DNA from: Candidatus Parcubacteria bacterium
GTDB taxonomy: Bacteria > Patescibacteriota > Minisyncoccia > Minisyncoccales > JAGMDC01
DNA: 64,000 bases
Assembly: GCA_023130975.1 (NCBI GenBank)
Contig: JAGMAD010000003.1
Coordinates: 1,109-65,108, forward strand
Direction of reading: 5' to 3'
Shown here: piece by piece, positions 44,997-54,430 of the stretch
Layout of the letters: the number at the start of each line of letters is the position of its first letter
Position numbering within the stretch: position 1 is the first letter of the stretch
Program-made: the position numbers and the translations under genes
The notes under the pieces: generated by a model
The model's database searches: none
What the model saw: only the letters and a program-made list of their open reading frames with translations
Told to the model about the DNA's origin: nothing

Positions 44997-45401
44997 ATGA
45001 AAATATTTATTTCACATAAGTTTCGCGGAGTAAATAAAAAAAGTCTAAGAAAAAAATTAGAGAAAATTTCTTTTGTACTTGAAAAATCAGAGCATAAGAC
45101 ATTTATTTTTTTTCGAGATAAAAAAAACTGGGAAGAAAGAGAATTTCCATCTGGACAAGTAATTCTTGAGGCATTTTCACAAATTAAAAAATGTGATATT
45201 CTTTTTGGTTTTATTGATAACCAAAAGATGAGCGAAAGCATGCTTTTAGAAATTGGTTTTGCCAAGGCCTTAAATAAAAAGATAGTTCTGTTGATTTCTA
45301 AAAAATGCTCTTTCCCGACCTTAGAAGCTGTTTCTGACCGAGTGATTAAATTTGATGATATAAAGCAAATTGATAAAGAATTACTTAGAATCAAAGTTTA
45401 G
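44997..45401 (+). CDS. nucleoside 2-deoxyribosyltransferase-like (Rossmann) protein
   Basis: MKIFISH...CDILFGFIDNQKMSESMLLEIGFAKALNKKIVLL resembles the NDT-family Glu motif. Weak call. Confidence 0.4.
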   Translation: MKIFISHKFRGVNKKSLRKKLEKISFVLEKSEHKTFIFFRDKKNWEEREFPSGQVILEAFSQIKKCDILFGFIDNQKMSESMLLEIGFAKALNKKIVLLISKKCSFPTLEAVSDRVIKFDDIKQIDKELLRIKV

Positions 45402-45537
45402 GCTTGAGTTGAGAGAAGTTTTTAATTCAAAATAAGGAGTAGTGGTTTTATATCTGCTCTTTTTTTATTAAAATTAGAGATGTTTTGTATAAGCTTGTTT
45501 TTTAGGTAAAAAAATGATACTTTTAAATTAGTGAATT

Positions 45538-45984
45538 ATGAATAATAAAGAATTTGAAGTTTGTGTCAGGGCTATAATTCAATACCAGAACAAGATTTTA
45601 GTTTGCAAGCATAAAGAAAAAGATTATTATTTCTTTCCCGGCGGACATATTAATTTTGGTGAAAGCGCGAAAGAAACACTTTTGCGTGAGATGAAGGAAG
45701 AATTAGATTTACTGCCCGATAAATGTAAATTTATCGGTGCAGTAGAGAATTTTTTTGTTGAAGATAATGAAAATCATCATGAAATTAATTTAGTTTTTGG
45801 CACAGAGGTTGAAAAAATAAATGCCGAGAGTAAAGAAAATCATATAAGTTTTGTTTTAATGGATAGAAATCAATTTTCGCAAGAAAATATTTTACCAATT
45901 GCCTTAAAGAAAGCAATTTTAAAATGGCTAAAAGATAAAAAAATATTCTGGGCAAGCCAGATTTATAATCAATCAATTTTATAG
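45538..45984 (+). CDS. NUDIX hydrolase
   Basis: Nudix box GGHINFGESAKETLLREMKEELDL. Confidence 0.85.
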   Translation: MNNKEFEVCVRAIIQYQNKILVCKHKEKDYYFFPGGHINFGESAKETLLREMKEELDLLPDKCKFIGAVENFFVEDNENHHEINLVFGTEVEKINAESKENHISFVLMDRNQFSQENILPIALKKAILKWLKDKKIFWASQIYNQSIL

Positions 45985-45985
45985 C

Positions 45986-46133
45986 GTGAAAAAGCAATAT
46001 TCTAAAAATTTAGAGAAAAAGTGGCAGAGGTTTTGGGAGAAAGAAAAAATTTACAAATTTAATCCTCAAAAAAAAGGAAAGATTTTTTCCATTGATACTC
46101 CGCCTCCTACAGTTAGTGGTAAAATGCATTTAG
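45986..46133 (+). pseudogene. valS: valS 5' fragment (first ~49 codons), displaced by cassette insertion
   Basis: GTG 1 nt after the NUDIX stop. MKKQYSKNLEKKWQRFWEKEKIYKFNPQKKGKIFSIDTPPPTVSGKMHL is identical to valS 48405.. over 118 nt, then diverges. Confidence 0.85.
46016..46133 (+). repeat. 118-bp perfect direct repeat, left copy
   Basis: aaaaagtggcagaggttttgggag...gtaaaatgcatttag, identical to 48432-48549. Confidence 0.9.
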
Positions 46134-46144
46134 ACATAGTTTCG

Positions 46145-46173
46145 AGAATATTGAGGTCAAACCTCAATATTCT
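46145..46173. repeat. palindrome agaatattgaggt-caa-acctcaatattct at the cassette junction
   Basis: 13-bp arms. Core shared with 7207-7233 and 55023-55049. Confidence 0.75.
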
Positions 46174-46206
46174 TTTATACCATAAGGACAAAAACCGAAA
46201 TCGTCA

Positions 46207-46263
46207 TTGACAAAATCTATTGGGCTTGATAGATTAGGAATAGTGTCTTTTTAACAATATAGC
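46207..46263 (+). promoter_or_regulatory. promoter block P4 (TTGACA-N17-TAGATT)
   Basis: ttgacaaaatctattgggcttgaTAGATTaggaatagtgtctttttaacaatatagc. Confidence 0.6.
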
Positions 46264-46294
46264 ATTTTTTCAATAAAATATGGATTGAATGAAT

Positions 46295-46358
46295 CTCGGA
46301 TAACTTAATTTGTTTGTCAAAATATCAAAAGTTTGGTAGATAAATTAGGCTATCCGAG
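46295..46358 (+). ncRNA. conserved 5'-leader hairpin, copy L3
   Basis: ctcggataacttaattt...taaattaggctatccgag. Confidence 0.55.
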
Positions 46359-46418
46359 AGAACAAAATAGCGAGAACCTCGGGTAGATCCGTTGAACGAA
46401 AAGGAGGAAAAAGAAAAA

Positions 46419-46973
46419 ATGAATGACAAGAAAGAGAAAATAGTTAAAGTAGGAGTAATCGTTGCTTTATTAATGGCAGCGATGGCAAGTGTATCAGTGA
46501 TGCCGATTCAGGCAGCAAACGGTCAAATAATGAACAAGCCAGTCTATGGAACATTCACGGTTAGTCAGGAATTTGGAGTATATAACCCAACATATGGATG
46601 GCATACAGGAATAGATATTGTTCCTAAATACTATTATTGGGTTTTTGCTCCCTTAGATGGCAAAATTGAAGCAACCGGCTATGACTGGAGGGCTGGCGAC
46701 TACATTGTGATTTCCCATATACCCGGTGATTCAAATCAGTATCGTGGATATTATCCTTCGGAAGTATGGACAAAATACTACCATCTAGATGGAATTTTCG
46801 TTGAACAGGGAGAACGAGTTACGCGGGGACAAGTGATTGGACATATCGGAGACACAGGTACTTGGTGCACTGGCACGCATCTTCATTTTGAAATCCGAGA
46901 AAATGGAAGATATGGAACAGCTGTGAATCCTCGAGAATATATCAGATTTGGTGACGGAAAAGATATCTGGTGA
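46419..46973 (+). CDS. secreted M23-family peptidoglycan metalloendopeptidase with shared N-terminal module
   Basis: MNDKKEKIVKVGVIVALLMAAMASVSVMPIQAA. HxxxD (WHTGIDI) and HxH (THLHFEI) Zn ligands. AGGAGG upstream. Confidence 0.85.
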   Translation: MNDKKEKIVKVGVIVALLMAAMASVSVMPIQAANGQIMNKPVYGTFTVSQEFGVYNPTYGWHTGIDIVPKYYYWVFAPLDGKIEATGYDWRAGDYIVISHIPGDSNQYRGYYPSEVWTKYYHLDGIFVEQGERVTRGQVIGHIGDTGTWCTGTHLHFEIRENGRYGTAVNPREYIRFGDGKDIW

Positions 46974-47016
46974 ACATAGAAAGATTCCTCTGGGGGTCAA
47001 AAGATTAAAAAAGATA

Positions 47017-47057
47017 AAAGGGGCAGATTCTTTAATTACTGCTCCTCTTTTTATTTT
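47017..47057. terminator. shared convergent-gene terminator hairpin (module 2)
   Basis: aaaaggggcagattctttaattactgctcctctttttatttt. Confidence 0.6.
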
Positions 47058-47070
47058 GGGCTTATTTGGT

Positions 47071-48261
47071 TTATTTAATTGTGATTATCCAAATCTCACC
47101 TCCTCGAGCGAAAGCTATGTTTTTACCGTCAGGACTCCAAGAAGGATTAAAATCATCCATTTTATCCGTAGTTAATTGTGTTTCGTTGCTTCCATCACTA
47201 TTCATTATCCAAATATCACTATTTGTTTCACCTTCGCTCCAAATATTCATACCGTTAGTGTTGTTTTTGAATAGGCTAAAAACTATCTTTTTCCCGTCAG
47301 GGCTCCAAGAAGAATCTCTAGCGTTTGCTTCAGATTCAGTCAATTTTTTTTGATTACTTCCATTACTATCCATTGTCCAGACCTGACAAGGCCCATTACA
47401 TAAATTAAAGAGTATTTTGTTACCATCAGGACTCCAAGAGCTTTTCTTTATTGTTGACCACCAAAAAAGTCTTTCATTTTCTTCTATTTTTTTTAATGGT
47501 TTTTTATTAGTTCTGTCACTATTTATTATCCAGAGATCATAAGAAAGAGTATGACCTACGCTTCCAATATGTTCAAGTTTTAATGGAGTAGCTTCAAAAA
47601 TTATTTTATTTCCATCAGGGCTCCACGAAGGATTTCTCTTACCCCTTAAATCTTTAATTAAGCGTCTTTGATTCTCTCCATCACTGTCCATAATACATAA
47701 ATCAATGGCATTATCTTCTAACGAAACATAAACTATTTTTTTACCATCAGAGGAAAAAGATGAATTGATCGCACTCTCTTCTGGCTTAGTTAACCTCTTC
47801 TGATTACTGCCATCGCTGTCCATTATCCAAAGGTTGGATTTCCTGTCCCATTCTTCGCCTTCGCCGAACCTTTTAATTCGTTCTCCTTCTCTATTAGATA
47901 CATAAACTATTGTTTTACCATCAGGACTCCAAGAAGGATCAGAATCATCTCCCTCAGGCCCTGTTAATCTTTTTTGATTGCTTCCGTCGTTATCCATTAT
48001 CCAAATATCAAAACTTCTTTTTTTGTGATGGTCATAGTCAGAGTGAGTTACGAATACTATTTTACCGCCATCAGGGCTCCAAGAAAAACCATAAACTCCT
48101 GCTCGAAGATTGGTTAATTGTTGTTCTTTAAGGTTAACTTCTTTCTTTTCTTCTGGCTTTTTAATCTCTCTAAAAAAATAGGAGCTTGATCCAAGGATAA
48201 GAGAAATTAAAATAACTCCAAAAACTAATCTTAGATATTTTTCTTTCTTGATTTTTTCCAT
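47071..48261 (-). CDS. membrane-anchored TolB-like (PD40/WD40-like) beta-propeller protein
   Basis: MEKIKKEKYLRLVFGVILISLIL anchor, then repeated SWSPDGKKIVF...DIWIMDSDGSNQKRLT units (7-8 blades). Confidence 0.8.
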   Translation of the reverse strand: MEKIKKEKYLRLVFGVILISLILGSSSYFFREIKKPEEKKEVNLKEQQLTNLRAGVYGFSWSPDGGKIVFVTHSDYDHHKKRSFDIWIMDNDGSNQKRLTGPEGDDSDPSWSPDGKTIVYVSNREGERIKRFGEGEEWDRKSNLWIMDSDGSNQKRLTKPEESAINSSFSSDGKKIVYVSLEDNAIDLCIMDSDGENQRRLIKDLRGKRNPSWSPDGNKIIFEATPLKLEHIGSVGHTLSYDLWIINSDRTNKKPLKKIEENERLFWWSTIKKSSWSPDGNKILFNLCNGPCQVWTMDSNGSNQKKLTESEANARDSSWSPDGKKIVFSLFKNNTNGMNIWSEGETNSDIWIMNSDGSNETQLTTDKMDDFNPSWSPDGKNIAFARGGEIWIITIK

Positions 48262-48404
48262 ATTAATTAACTCTATCAAAGAAAAATGGTCTGGTCAAAT
48301 TTTTATTTTTCATTACCAAATCCCCAATCATCTGAGAATGATGAAAAATTGTTGTTGCTATTTTACGATAAATCGGCTAAAATTTAATGAGACGGTCTTA
48401 ATAT

Positions 48405-50819
48405 ATGAGGAAACATTATCCAAAAAATTTGAAAAAGTGGCAGAGGTTTTGGGAGAAAGAAAAAATTTACAAATTTAATCCTCAAAAAAAAGGAAAGATT
48501 TTTTCCATTGATACTCCGCCTCCTACAGTTAGTGGTAAAATGCATTTAGGTCATGCTTTTTCTTACACTCATTTAGATATAATAGCCAGATATCAGAGAA
48601 TGAAAGGAAAAAATGTTTTTTATCCTTTTGGCACTGACGATAATGGTTTGCCAACAGAAAAATTAGTAGAAAAAGAGAATAAAGTTAGCATTTTCAATAT
48701 GAAAAGGCAGGATTTTGTAAAATTGTGCCAAAAAACCTTAAAGAGAATAAAACCTTCTTTTGTTCAGGACTGGAAAGACATTGGAATGTCTTGTGATTTT
48801 GATCTTGGTTATTCCACTATTGATAAAGAAGTTCAGAAGCTAAGCCAGAGATTTTTTATTGAACTTTATGAAAAGAAAAGAATTTACCAAAAAGAGACAC
48901 CAACTCTTTGGTGTCCTCAATGCCGAACAGCAATTGCTCAAGCAGATTTGGAGAATAAGGAAACTGAAACAGTGTTTAATGATATTATTTTTAAATTAGA
49001 AAATGGAAAAGAGATTCTCATTGCCACAACACGCCCTGAACTTTTATCAAGCTGTGTAGCAATCTTTATTCATCCGAGTGATAAAAGATATAAAAATCTT
49101 ATTGGTAAAACAGCAGTTGTTCCAATTTTTAAACAAAAAGTAAAAATTTACAATGATAAAGGTGTAGATCCTAAAAAAGGAACAGGTGTTGTAATGTGCT
49201 GCACTTTTGGAGATACAACTGATATTGAATGGTATTTTGTCCATCATTTGCCGCTTAAGATTTCAATAAATCAAGACGGAACAATGACGAAAATCGCTGG
49301 TCCTTTTCAAGGGTTAAAAATCAAAGAAGCCCGTCAGAGAATTATTGAGGAGTTAAAAAAACAAGGATTTATTCGTAGCCAGAAAAAGATAAAGCATTTT
49401 GTAAATGTTCACGAAAGATGTAATGCAGAAATTGAAATTCTTAATACATCTCAGTGGTTTATTAAGTATTTAGATTTCAAGAAAGATTTTCTGAAAATGG
49501 GCAGACAAATAGAATGGTATCCTGATTTTATGCGAAAACGTTATGAGAATTGGGTTTCAGGGCTTCGTTGGGATTGGTGCATATCACGTCAGAGATATTT
49601 TGGTATTCCTTTTCCTGTTTGGTATTGCCAGAAATGCGGTGAAATAAGGCTAGCCAGAATTTCAGATTTGCCAGTTGATCCTCTTTATTCCAAACCGAAA
49701 ACAAGATGTTCTTGCGGTAGTAATAGGTTTATTCCTGAAACAGATATTTTAGATACTTGGGCAACAAGTTCTTTAACTCCCAAAATAACCATTGATTTAG
49801 TTAAGGATGAAAAAACAAAAAAGAAACTATTTCCAATGTCTCTTCGTCCTCAAGCCCATGATATTATTAATTTTTGGCTTTTTTATACAATTGCTCGTTC
49901 AAAACTTCATTTTAATAAAATTCCCTGGAAAGAAGTAACAATTTCTGGTTTTGTTTTAGATCCTAAAGGAGAAAAAATGTCAAAGAGTAAAGGGAATGTA
50001 GTGGCGCCTCAAGAAGTAATTGAAAAGTATGGAGTTGATGTTTTAAGGCATTGGACAGCCAAAGCAAGTTTAGGTGAGGATTTACGTTGGAATGAGGAAG
50101 AAATAAAAGCAAGCAAGAGAACTGTTATCAAAATTTGGAACGCTTTTCGATTCTCCTTTATGCATTTAGAAAGCTTCAAAAAAAACAATTTAATTATTAG
50201 TAATTTAGAGGATGAAGATAGATGGATATTACATCTTCTTGAGATGACTATTAAGGATTATAAAGTTTATTTTGAAAAGTATCAATTTAAAAAAAGTAGG
50301 GAAACCATTGATAATTTCTTTTGGAAAAACTTCTGCGATAATTACTTAGAGATTGTAAAACCGAGACTTTACAATAATGATGTTTTAAAAGAATCAAAAG
50401 AAGCGGCAAAATACACTCTTTATCTTTGCCTGTTTTCTATTATTAAACTTTATGCCCCGTTTATGCCTTATATCACTGAAGAAGTTTATCAAACTTTTTT
50501 TAGAAGACTAGAAAAAGAAAAAAGCATTCATCTAACTTTACTTCCAACAATCAATCGGAATTTAGTCAATCCAAAAATTAAAGAGAAATTCGATAATGTT
50601 ATTGGAATTATTGGTGCAATCAGAAAATACAAGAGTGAAAAAAAGGTTTCAATCAGAAAAGAGGTGAATAAATTATTTATTAAAAGTAAAAATAAAGAAA
50701 TTAAAAAATACTTTAATCTTATAAAATCAGTTATGAATATAAAATCAATTAAGATGAAAGATAAAAATGTATCTGGTTATTTTGAAGTTAATTCTTCTAT
50801 AAAAATCAAAATAATATGA
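48405..50819 (+). CDS. valS: valine--tRNA ligase (intact copy)
   Basis: PPPTVSGKMHLGHAFSY (HIGH), CP1 editing domain, KMSKSKGN, 804 aa. Confidence 0.95.
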   Translation: MRKHYPKNLKKWQRFWEKEKIYKFNPQKKGKIFSIDTPPPTVSGKMHLGHAFSYTHLDIIARYQRMKGKNVFYPFGTDDNGLPTEKLVEKENKVSIFNMKRQDFVKLCQKTLKRIKPSFVQDWKDIGMSCDFDLGYSTIDKEVQKLSQRFFIELYEKKRIYQKETPTLWCPQCRTAIAQADLENKETETVFNDIIFKLENGKEILIATTRPELLSSCVAIFIHPSDKRYKNLIGKTAVVPIFKQKVKIYNDKGVDPKKGTGVVMCCTFGDTTDIEWYFVHHLPLKISINQDGTMTKIAGPFQGLKIKEARQRIIEELKKQGFIRSQKKIKHFVNVHERCNAEIEILNTSQWFIKYLDFKKDFLKMGRQIEWYPDFMRKRYENWVSGLRWDWCISRQRYFGIPFPVWYCQKCGEIRLARISDLPVDPLYSKPKTRCSCGSNRFIPETDILDTWATSSLTPKITIDLVKDEKTKKKLFPMSLRPQAHDIINFWLFYTIARSKLHFNKIPWKEVTISGFVLDPKGEKMSKSKGNVVAPQEVIEKYGVDVLRHWTAKASLGEDLRWNEEEIKASKRTVIKIWNAFRFSFMHLESFKKNNLIISNLEDEDRWILHLLEMTIKDYKVYFEKYQFKKSRETIDNFFWKNFCDNYLEIVKPRLYNNDVLKESKEAAKYTLYLCLFSIIKLYAPFMPYITEEVYQTFFRRLEKEKSIHLTLLPTINRNLVNPKIKEKFDNVIGIIGAIRKYKSEKKVSIRKEVNKLFIKSKNKEIKKYFNLIKSVMNIKSIKMKDKNVSGYFEVNSSIKIKII
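48432..48549 (+). repeat. 118-bp perfect direct repeat, right copy
   Basis: Identical to 46016-46133. Confidence 0.9.
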
Positions 50820-50848
50820 TCATTAAAAAAAAGTTTTGTGTTTTTAGG

Positions 50849-50954
50849 TTTTATTTCGGCGGCGAGAATACCCCGCTGCAAGCAGTAGGGATGAAAGCCG
50901 CCGAAAGAACTTGCCCGAAGGGATACCACGTCCTTTAGGGTGGGGTAGTTCATT
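50849..50954. repeat. GC-rich structured element, copy B (inverted relative to 30294-30414)
   Basis: ttttatttcggcggc-[loop]-gccgccgaaagaacttgccc-[hairpins]-ggggtagttcatt, then tttttt. Sits after valS. Confidence 0.7.
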
Positions 50955-50982
50955 TTTTATGTTATACTAAAACAATAAACTT

Positions 50983-51351
50983 ATGCCTAAGATACTTTTA
51001 ATTGAAGACGAGCAAATTTTATCTGAGATGTATATAGATAAATTTTCTGAAGCAAAGTTTGAAGTAATTTCAGCTTTTGACGCTGAAAGCGGTTTAAAAA
51101 TAGCCCAGAAAGAAAAGCCAGATTTAATTGTTTTAGATATTATTTTACCTAAAAACGATGGCATTTCTTTTTTAGAGAATTTAAGAAAAAACAAAGAAAC
51201 ATCTTCAATGTTAGTTGTTGTTTTATCTAATTATGATAATCCTAAGGCAAAGAAAGAGGCACGAAGATTAGGAGCTATGGATTATTTAATAAAAACCGAT
51301 TTTACGCCAACTGGATTGACTAAAAAAATAAAAGAATATTTACCCAGTTAA
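50983..51351 (+). CDS. response regulator, receiver domain only
   Basis: ILLIEDE...KPDLIVLDIILP...VLSN...K. No PPAGG insertion. Confidence 0.88.
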   Translation: MPKILLIEDEQILSEMYIDKFSEAKFEVISAFDAESGLKIAQKEKPDLIVLDIILPKNDGISFLENLRKNKETSSMLVVVLSNYDNPKAKKEARRLGAMDYLIKTDFTPTGLTKKIKEYLPS

Positions 51352-51436
51352 AAAAGGACTAAAACGCGGCTTTGGACATTTTGATTAAGGCAAAAAATGC
51401 CTTTTTTTATTATAAATTTTAAGTTAGTATAAAATT

Positions 51437-52744
51437 ATGATAAAGGATTCAATCAAAAAATTTATTCCTGTTTTTTTACTTGATTTTTATCACTTTTCTT
51501 TAGCTGGTTTAGGTGCTTTTCTGTATGGCTTTCCTGCTAAAAAAATTAAAGTTATTGGAGTTACTGGCACTAATGGAAAAACAACAGTGGTTAGTTTAGC
51601 AGCCAAGATTTTGGAAGAAACCGGCTACAAAGTTGCTTCTATCTCCTCAATTAAATTTAAGCTTGGCGAAAAAGAATGGAAAAATGACTTAAAAATGACA
51701 ATGCCCGGCCGTTTGAAATTACAAAAGTTTTTGAGGCAGGCCGTAAAGGCAGGATGCCGGTATGTTGTTTTAGAGGTGACTTCTGAAGGAATAAAACAAC
51801 ACCGCCATCGTTTTATTGATTTTGATACAGCTGTTTTTACTAATTTAACACCAGAGCATATAGAAAGCCATGGGTCCTTTGAAAAGTATAAAGAAGCCAA
51901 GGGAAAGCTTTTTCAAGCCACAAAAAATATCCATATCATTAATTTAGATGACAAAAATGCTGAATACTTTTTGAAATTTCCAGCCAGAAAAAAATATACT
52001 TATGGATTAGAAAAAGGAGATATCAATACTAAAAATACCCAATTTAAGCTTAATTTGTTTGGGGAATTCAATATCTATAATTCGCTGGCAGCAATTTGTA
52101 TAGGATTATCGCAGGGAGTTGATTTAGAAACCAGCCAGAATGCTTTAGAAAAAATAAAAGCAATTCCCGGCAGAATGGAAAAAGTAATAGGGGAGCCATT
52201 TACCCCGCACCTTTTGCGGACTGCACCTCGTGCAAAAAAGCAAAATATGTCCGCAAAAGGTGCGGGGTTTACAGTCATAGTGGATTACGCTCATACACCG
52301 GATGCTTTAGAAAATGTTTATAAAACTATTCAAGGATCAATGGTCAATAGTCAAGAGTCAAAAGTTATATGTGTTCTCGGCTCTGCTGGCGGCGGAAGGG
52401 ATAAATGGAAAAGACCAGAAATGGGGAAAATTGCTGGCAAGTATTGCGATGAAATTATTTTAACCAACGAAGACCCTTATGATGAAAATCCGCTTAAAAT
52501 TTTAAAAGAAATTGAAAATGGCATTCGCACTAATTCGCGTTTAGATTCGCGTAGATTTACTTCTATTCATAAGATTTTAGATAGAAGAGAAGCAATCAAA
52601 AAAGCCCTGACCTTGGCAAAATTCGGGGATATAGTAATTATCACTGGCAAGGGTTGCGAACCCTGGATGTGTGTGGCTGATGGCAAAAAAATACCCTGGG
52701 ACGATAGACAGATAGTAAAAGAAGAACTTAGAGCACATAAATAA
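51437..52744 (+). CDS. murE: Mur ligase, MurE-like (UDP-MurNAc-tripeptide synthetase), carrying a 23-codon palindromic insertion
   Basis: VIGVTGTNGKTT, VLEVTSEG, DYAHTPDALENV, LTNEDP. Confidence 0.85.
   Translation: MIKDSIKKFIPVFLLDFYHFSLAGLGAFLYGFPAKKIKVIGVTGTNGKTTVVSLAAKILEETGYKVASISSIKFKLGEKEWKNDLKMTMPGRLKLQKFLRQAVKAGCRYVVLEVTSEGIKQHRHRFIDFDTAVFTNLTPEHIESHGSFEKYKEAKGKLFQATKNIHIINLDDKNAEYFLKFPARKKYTYGLEKGDINTKNTQFKLNLFGEFNIYNSLAAICIGLSQGVDLETSQNALEKIKAIPGRMEKVIGEPFTPHLLRTAPRAKKQNMSAKGAGFTVIVDYAHTPDALENVYKTIQGSMVNSQESKVICVLGSAGGGRDKWKRPEMGKIAGKYCDEIILTNEDPYDENPLKILKEIENGIRTNSRLDSRRFTSIHKILDRREAIKKALTLAKFGDIVIITGKGCEPWMCVADGKKIPWDDRQIVKEELRAHK
52203..52267. mobile_element. MITE-like 65-nt palindromic element inserted in frame in murE, flanked by TTTA on both sides
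   Basis: ccccgcaccttttgcggac (19 nt) ... gtccgcaaaaggtgcgggg perfect inverted repeat with a 27-nt loop. 65+4 nt = 23 codons (TPHLLRTAPRAKKQNMSAKGAGF). Confidence 0.7.
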
Positions 52745-52778
52745 AAATTTATGTGCTCTGATTTCAAAAATTAAAATT

Positions 52779-54233
52779 ATGATAAACAAAAAAGATTTTA
52801 TAAAGATAAGTGATTATCTTTGGGAAATTCCTAAAAGTTTCAGTCAGTCCACCAGCCGGCGGATGCGAGTGCCTGCTCGAATTTATGCTTCGGAAAAAAT
52901 TCTGGAAGATATTTTCAGAGACAGATCTATTTCTCAATTGATAAATGGAACAACCCTGCCAGGAATTGTAAGGCATGGAATTGCTATGCCTGATTGCCAT
53001 GAAGGTTATGCGGTTCCCATTGGTTTTGTCGGAGCGATTAAAATACCAGAAGGAGTTATTTCACCTGGTGCTTGCGGTTTTGACATTAATTGCGGGATGC
53101 GATTGTTAAAATCAGAACATAAAGAAAAAGAAATCAAACCTTATTTAGATGAATTGGCAACAGGAATTCAAAAACAAGTTCCCTCTGGTTTAGGCAGAGG
53201 AAGGCAAATAAAACTTTCAATTAAAGAAATTGATAAAATTTTAGAAAAAGGAGTGCCGGGATTAGTAGAAAAAGGATACGGCGAAAAAGAAGATGTAATA
53301 AATTGCGAAGCAAATGGTAAATTAGATTGGGCAGATGCTTTTGTTGTTTCAGATTATGCTAAGAATCGGGGCAGGGACCAAGTTGGGACTCTTGGAAGCG
53401 GAAATCATTTTTTAGAAGTCCAAAAAGTAGATGAAATTTTTGATGAGGAAGTAGCTAAAGTTTTTGGGTTATTTAAAAATCAAGTTGTGATAATGATTCA
53501 TACTGGAAGCCGAGGCCTTGGCCATCAAGTTTGCACTGATTATTTAAAAACAATGATTCCAGCTATGCAGAAATACAATATTAAAGTCCCGGATAAAGAA
53601 TTTGCTTGTGTACCTTTTAGTTCATCAGAAGGTCAAAGATATTTTAAAGCCATGGCTTCTGCTGCTAATTATGCTTGGGCAAACAGGCAAATGATTGTTT
53701 ATTATACTCGTCTTGCATGGAAAAAAGTTTTGGGCAAAAAAAAGAGATTAGAATTATTATATGATGTGGCTCATAATATTATTAAAAAAGAAACATATAA
53801 AATTGATGGCGCGGAAGTAAAGCTTGCTGTTCATCGCAAGGGAGCTACTCGGGCTTTTCCGCCGGGCCATCCGGAAATCCCAGAGAAATATCGCTTAGTT
53901 GGCCAGCCGGTTTTAATTCCTGGCTCAATGGGAACAGCTTCTTATGTTTTAAATGGCCAGAAAACAGGGGAGGAAGCATTTTATTCTACCAGTCATGGTG
54001 CTGGACGAACAATGTCTCGCCATCAAGCAGTAAGGCAAATTTCTGGACAAAAAGTCATAAACGAGCTAAAATCAAAAGGTATTATTGTAAAATGCCGGTC
54101 AGATAGAGGAATTGCTGAAGAAGCGCCAATGGCTTATAAAAATATTGATGAAATAGTAGAAATTGTTCACAGAGCTGGTCTTTCAAAGAAAGTTGCTAAA
54201 CTGGTGCCATTAGCTGTTATCAAAGGAGAATGA
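52779..54233 (+). CDS. rtcB: RNA-splicing ligase RtcB
   Basis: MPDCHEGY, GSGNHF, HTGSRGLG, SHGAGR; 484 aa. Confidence 0.95.
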   Translation: MINKKDFIKISDYLWEIPKSFSQSTSRRMRVPARIYASEKILEDIFRDRSISQLINGTTLPGIVRHGIAMPDCHEGYAVPIGFVGAIKIPEGVISPGACGFDINCGMRLLKSEHKEKEIKPYLDELATGIQKQVPSGLGRGRQIKLSIKEIDKILEKGVPGLVEKGYGEKEDVINCEANGKLDWADAFVVSDYAKNRGRDQVGTLGSGNHFLEVQKVDEIFDEEVAKVFGLFKNQVVIMIHTGSRGLGHQVCTDYLKTMIPAMQKYNIKVPDKEFACVPFSSSEGQRYFKAMASAANYAWANRQMIVYYTRLAWKKVLGKKKRLELLYDVAHNIIKKETYKIDGAEVKLAVHRKGATRAFPPGHPEIPEKYRLVGQPVLIPGSMGTASYVLNGQKTGEEAFYSTSHGAGRTMSRHQAVRQISGQKVINELKSKGIIVKCRSDRGIAEEAPMAYKNIDEIVEIVHRAGLSKKVAKLVPLAVIKGE

Positions 54234-54244
54234 AAAAGAAGAAA

Positions 54245-54376
54245 ATGCCAAAATCAATTCGAAAACATATTCGCAAAGAAAAATCTCGCATTCGGCGAGA
54301 AGTTTTTGATATAAAGCAACAAGAAAAACAGATGGATGAACTATACAAAAAGTTTTCAAGCAAATCAAAAAATTAA
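54245..54376 (+). CDS. possible 43-aa basic micro-protein
   Basis: MPKSIRKHIRKEKSRIRREVFDIKQQEKQMDELYKKFSSKSKN, 11 nt after the rtcB stop. Unverified. Confidence 0.25.
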   Translation: MPKSIRKHIRKEKSRIRREVFDIKQQEKQMDELYKKFSSKSKN

Positions 54377-54395
54377 AATTATGTGGATAACTTTT

Positions 54396-54424
54396 TTGAC
54401 AAATAGTTTTTAGTTTAGTATAAA
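54396..54424 (+). promoter_or_regulatory. near-consensus sigma70 promoter TTGACA-N17-TATAAA
   Basis: ttgacaaatagtttttagtttagTATAAA read directly. Confidence 0.65.
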
Positions 54425-54430
54425 GAAATC

